The notes under the pieces were generated by a model that saw only the letters and a program-made list of their open reading frames with translations, was not told where the DNA came from and did no database searches. Both the position numbers and the translations under genes were made by a program. DNA of 64,000 nt from positions 13,516,001-13,580,000 of the forward strand of contig JBHGNT010000007.1 in NCBI GenBank assembly GCA_043228905.1. The letters are read 5' to 3'. Each line of letters begins with the position of its first letter. Position 1 is the stretch's first letter. Shown piece after piece: positions 60,470 through 64,000 of the stretch. Source of the stretch: Azolla caroliniana (Eukaryota; Plantae; Polypodiophyta).

Positions 60470-63400
60470 TGTCGAGGTATTCCTCGCGGACGCATGGAAT
60501 GAGGCGGGACCTTGGGGGTCTTGCACCGAAAAGCAAGAGAGAAAGGAGAAGGGACCCGCTACGTGCGATCGTAGATTCACAGGGACACGGCCCTTCGACA
60601 CAAAGACGCGAGTGGGACGCCGACACAGAGAGACACGAATGTATGTATATATATATTAACAAAGACAAACAACAAGAAGCACGAAGTCGGCTACAACGGA
60701 ACAAGCCGGCAAACAGATGTCGATGCCTGTTCGTAAACGCTCAGAAAGAAAGGAGTAGGTTGGAGGTGCTGCCGGAAGCACTCGGGCATTCCTCAGAGCA
60801 GCGCGAGCCTCCCGAAAACCTGCACAGAAAGAAGCTACGGAGTATGGAAGAGAGAGAAGCCTTCGGCCCACAACTCGACAGCACTTCGTCCTCTCTATCG
60901 TCGATCCCCTTCCTCTTCCCTGTCTCCCTCCTTTTATAGGCAAGAAAGGAGCCGTTTCCCATTAATTTCCTACCTGCCGAATCTACCTGCCTAGGATCTT
61001 CTATGTACCTAATCCTCTCTTATGTACAACATAAGGCGTATGTGCATGAAGAGCCGGTTCCTACGCTCTGGTGCACCGATTCCACTTGTGGACGGTTTTC
61101 TTCACGACATCCGCCCCCACCTAACCGCGCATCCACCGGCATGTGCCAATTGAGTTGGGATGGAGAAAACCGGCCCAGCCTTCATTCCCCGCCCGTCGGT
61201 TCTTCCTCGGTTTCGGATCGTTCGTCGTTGCTGTCCAGGTTAACCGGATCCGGCTTGTCGTCGTGACGCTTTTTGAACACTTTGATCCGCTTCCCAGCTA
61301 CCGGTATCGCCATTCTCGTGCCGTCGAGTTCCGCCAGATGGTACGTCCCGTTGTCGTTGGCGCTTTGTACCACGTAAGGCCCGAACCACCTTCTTGCGAA
61401 CTTCCGTGTCACTCAGTGCTGGTTGTCCAGGCTGCTGTCGTAGACTAGCACCCAGTCGCCTTCCTCGATCTTCTTTGGTCGGAGCCGGTGCGTCCGGTTG
61501 AACCGGGCTTTGTTCCTCGTCCTTGCCACCCGAAGCTTTCCCGCAGCCTGCTCCACGTCCTCCGGTCTTCGCTCGAGCTGTCGTATACGCGCCGCCAACA
61601 GTTCCTCCCGGCTCATCTCGTCTCTCTAGTCCACGGTTGCCCATGAGGAGATCGTACGTTCCATCGGCATGATCGGCTTCTACCCAAACATGAGCTCTGC
61701 CAGCATGAATCCGGTTACCGAACAGTCCGTAGTTCTGTCAGCCCACAACGCATAAGGCAGCAGCCGCGGCCAATTCCCGACTTGCCCTCCGCATGCCCGA
61801 ACTAACGCCTTGACGATCGGTCCGTGTCCGCTCTCCACCTTCCCATTCGCCTCCGGATTGTACGCAGTGGTAAGCGAGAGCTTGACTCCTAGCCGGTCGA
61901 ACAGCTCCTCGGCCTCTTCGGCGTCCAACTCACCGCGATCAGCCACGATCTTCCCGACGCACCCGTACCGGCATATCACGTCCTCGATCAGGAACCGACA
62001 TACGGCCGCGGTCGTTTTGTTCTGAAGGGCTCGGCCTTCCACCTGGTTCGTCAGATCCTCCCGAGCCAGGACCAGATACCGCATCTGTCCTACTCCCATC
62101 GGCATCGTCACCAGATCTACCATCCATTTGAAGTGGATGGTCGGAGGGTACGTAGGGTGTAGCTCGTCCCGATGTCGGGCTATGGAGTGCATCTGACAGC
62201 TCTCGCAAGTTGTCACGAACCAATGCACGTCCCGGTACAGTCCCGGCCACCAGTACTTCCCCTTTATCTTCTCGAACGTGGCCCACGTTCCACGGTGTCC
62301 AGCCCAAGGGCTGTCGTGGTAGGCCGTCAACAGCTCCTCTTGTTCTTCCTTCATTACCACCACCCGAAGCGGGACACCATTCCTCTTCTTCGGGTGCTTC
62401 CATAAGTATCCGTCCCGGAGAAAGAATTGGTATGCTTTCTTCCGGATCCGGTTGGCCTCGTCCCTCCATGACGCATCCGGCGTCATTGTCCTCAAAAACC
62501 CACCGATCTGTAGCCACTCGCCGTCGTACTTGCTCTCGTCGAAGCCGTTAAGTGCCGGAGTGCTCGTCCCATCGGTCGTCACGTACGCCGCCTCGAAGAA
62601 GTCCACCCCGACTTCTTCGTCCTCCGAAACCATGCCGCCCTCGTCATCAAACCTCGCCCTCGAAAGCATGTTGGCCATGGCGTTGTCCTTTCCGGAAATG
62701 TGTCGTATTTCCGGGTCCAGGGACTTGATGTACGCTATCCACCTGAGCATCGCTAGGTCCGATGTCGCGCATCCGGAAACCATGCCGAGAATTGGCAGGC
62801 AATTCGTCTCGATAATCACTTCTGTCCCGATCAGGTAGTCTTTGTCGGCCTTTACTGCCGAAACGATACCCCAGAGTTCGCGTTTAACCTAGGCGTACCC
62901 TCGTTGTCGCTCACTGAGGACCTTCGCGCCGAATCGGATCGAGAACCGAATGCCGTCCTCATTTTCTTGGTTGACGACCCATCCGATCCCGGTCGGGCTC
63001 GTATCCACCGTTATGTATACCGGGGTACCCTTCTCGTAGACAGCCTTCCGGAGCACTGGTGCTGCCGCAAGAGCTTCCTTCAGCTTCCGGACTGACTCCG
63101 TGTGCTCGTCTCGCCACTCGAATTTTTGCCCCTTCTTCAGCAACCCGTATAGTGGTTCCGCAACGTGGGCGTAATGCGGGATCCATATGTGGTAGAATGC
63201 GCATGCCCCCAAGAACCTCCGAACCTCCGTAACCAAGCTACAGTCGGTCTTCATCGCGGAGATGGCTTCTACTTTTGCCGGAGACGGCTTCCGGCCATAG
63301 GGTCCACACAAGTGTCCGACCACCAGGATTTCTGATTGCCCGAAGGCCGATTTCTCCCCGGAGAAGGTGAGCCTCGCATCCTCTAACCTTTGTAACACCT

Positions 63401-64000
63401 TCTCATAGTCGTCGATGTGTGTCGCCACGAACCGCCGGCATCCGTCCGGCCCGAGTGTCCCATCCTTCTCTTCCACCGGGCACCCTTTGATCGGGATGTC
63501 GTCTAGAAACGGCATGGTGATGTCCGGGATGCAATCCCTCAGTACCTTGTTCATCACATTCACCATGTGGGCCACCGAGTTGGTCCCTCCTTGTGGCAGG
63601 GTACACATTCGCACTAGGCCGAGGGGAGTTCGCATCATCGTAATGTCTCTGCTCTCCACGGCTAGCTGGAACTGGTCGTACCCCGAGTACAGATCACCGA
63701 CCGAGTAAATCGACCTTCCGGCAAAGGCCTCCGCGAACTCATCTATGGTCGGTCCGATTCCTGCGTTTCGAATGGTCACTCTGTTGACCGGCTGCAGGTC
63801 TTGAATGAAGCGCAATGTTCCGTTTTTCTTCGGTACGGTAAACCATCGGTTCGAGTATGGGGCACTCGACGGTTCGAGAATGCCCATACTGACTTTCTGC
63901 CTTAATAGCTGCATCAACTTCGGGATGTGAGCTCTCGGTACTGGAATCGGCTTGAGATTCCACGGCACATGCGGTACCGTGAATATCACCATCGGCTCCA
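60470..64000 (-). mobile_element. Gypsy-3: 3' LTR (60470-61109), PPT and pol with several stops; continues beyond the window
   Basis: Pol very close to Gypsy-1 Pol; stops at 62889, 61680, about 61626 and 61413; LTR begins tgtcgtgaagaaaaccg on minus. Confidence 0.93.

Overview
Land-plant nuclear DNA, probably a non-seed plant such as a fern or lycophyte (inferred from element types only). About 85% is nested retroelements around one host gene, an intronless purine permease (47671-48894, minus). It holds a near-intact Ty3/Gypsy element (1287-8456; tRNA-Trp PBS, 4-bp TSD, gag-pro and pol in different frames), two relatives (16436-29972 and 60470-end, minus), one Ty1/Copia element with an uninterrupted ORF (22366-27737), several decayed Copia copies, solo LTRs and LINE fragments, nested up to five levels. 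Main observations: (1) a non-coding 3.35-kb insertion (12230-15583) with ~430-bp inverted terminal arms, each carrying a minimal type I hammerhead ribozyme motif as in Penelope-like pseudo-LTRs, flanked by a 375-bp duplication of the host; (2) a GGAUUUU slippery site plus a covarying pseudoknot predicting a -1 frameshift in two divergent Gypsy families; (3) CpG-centred 4-bp target sites for that lineage; (4) a tRNA-like A-box/B-box cassette in Gypsy LTRs; (5) a telomere-repeat insertion in a Copia RNase H. All alignments and folds were done by eye.
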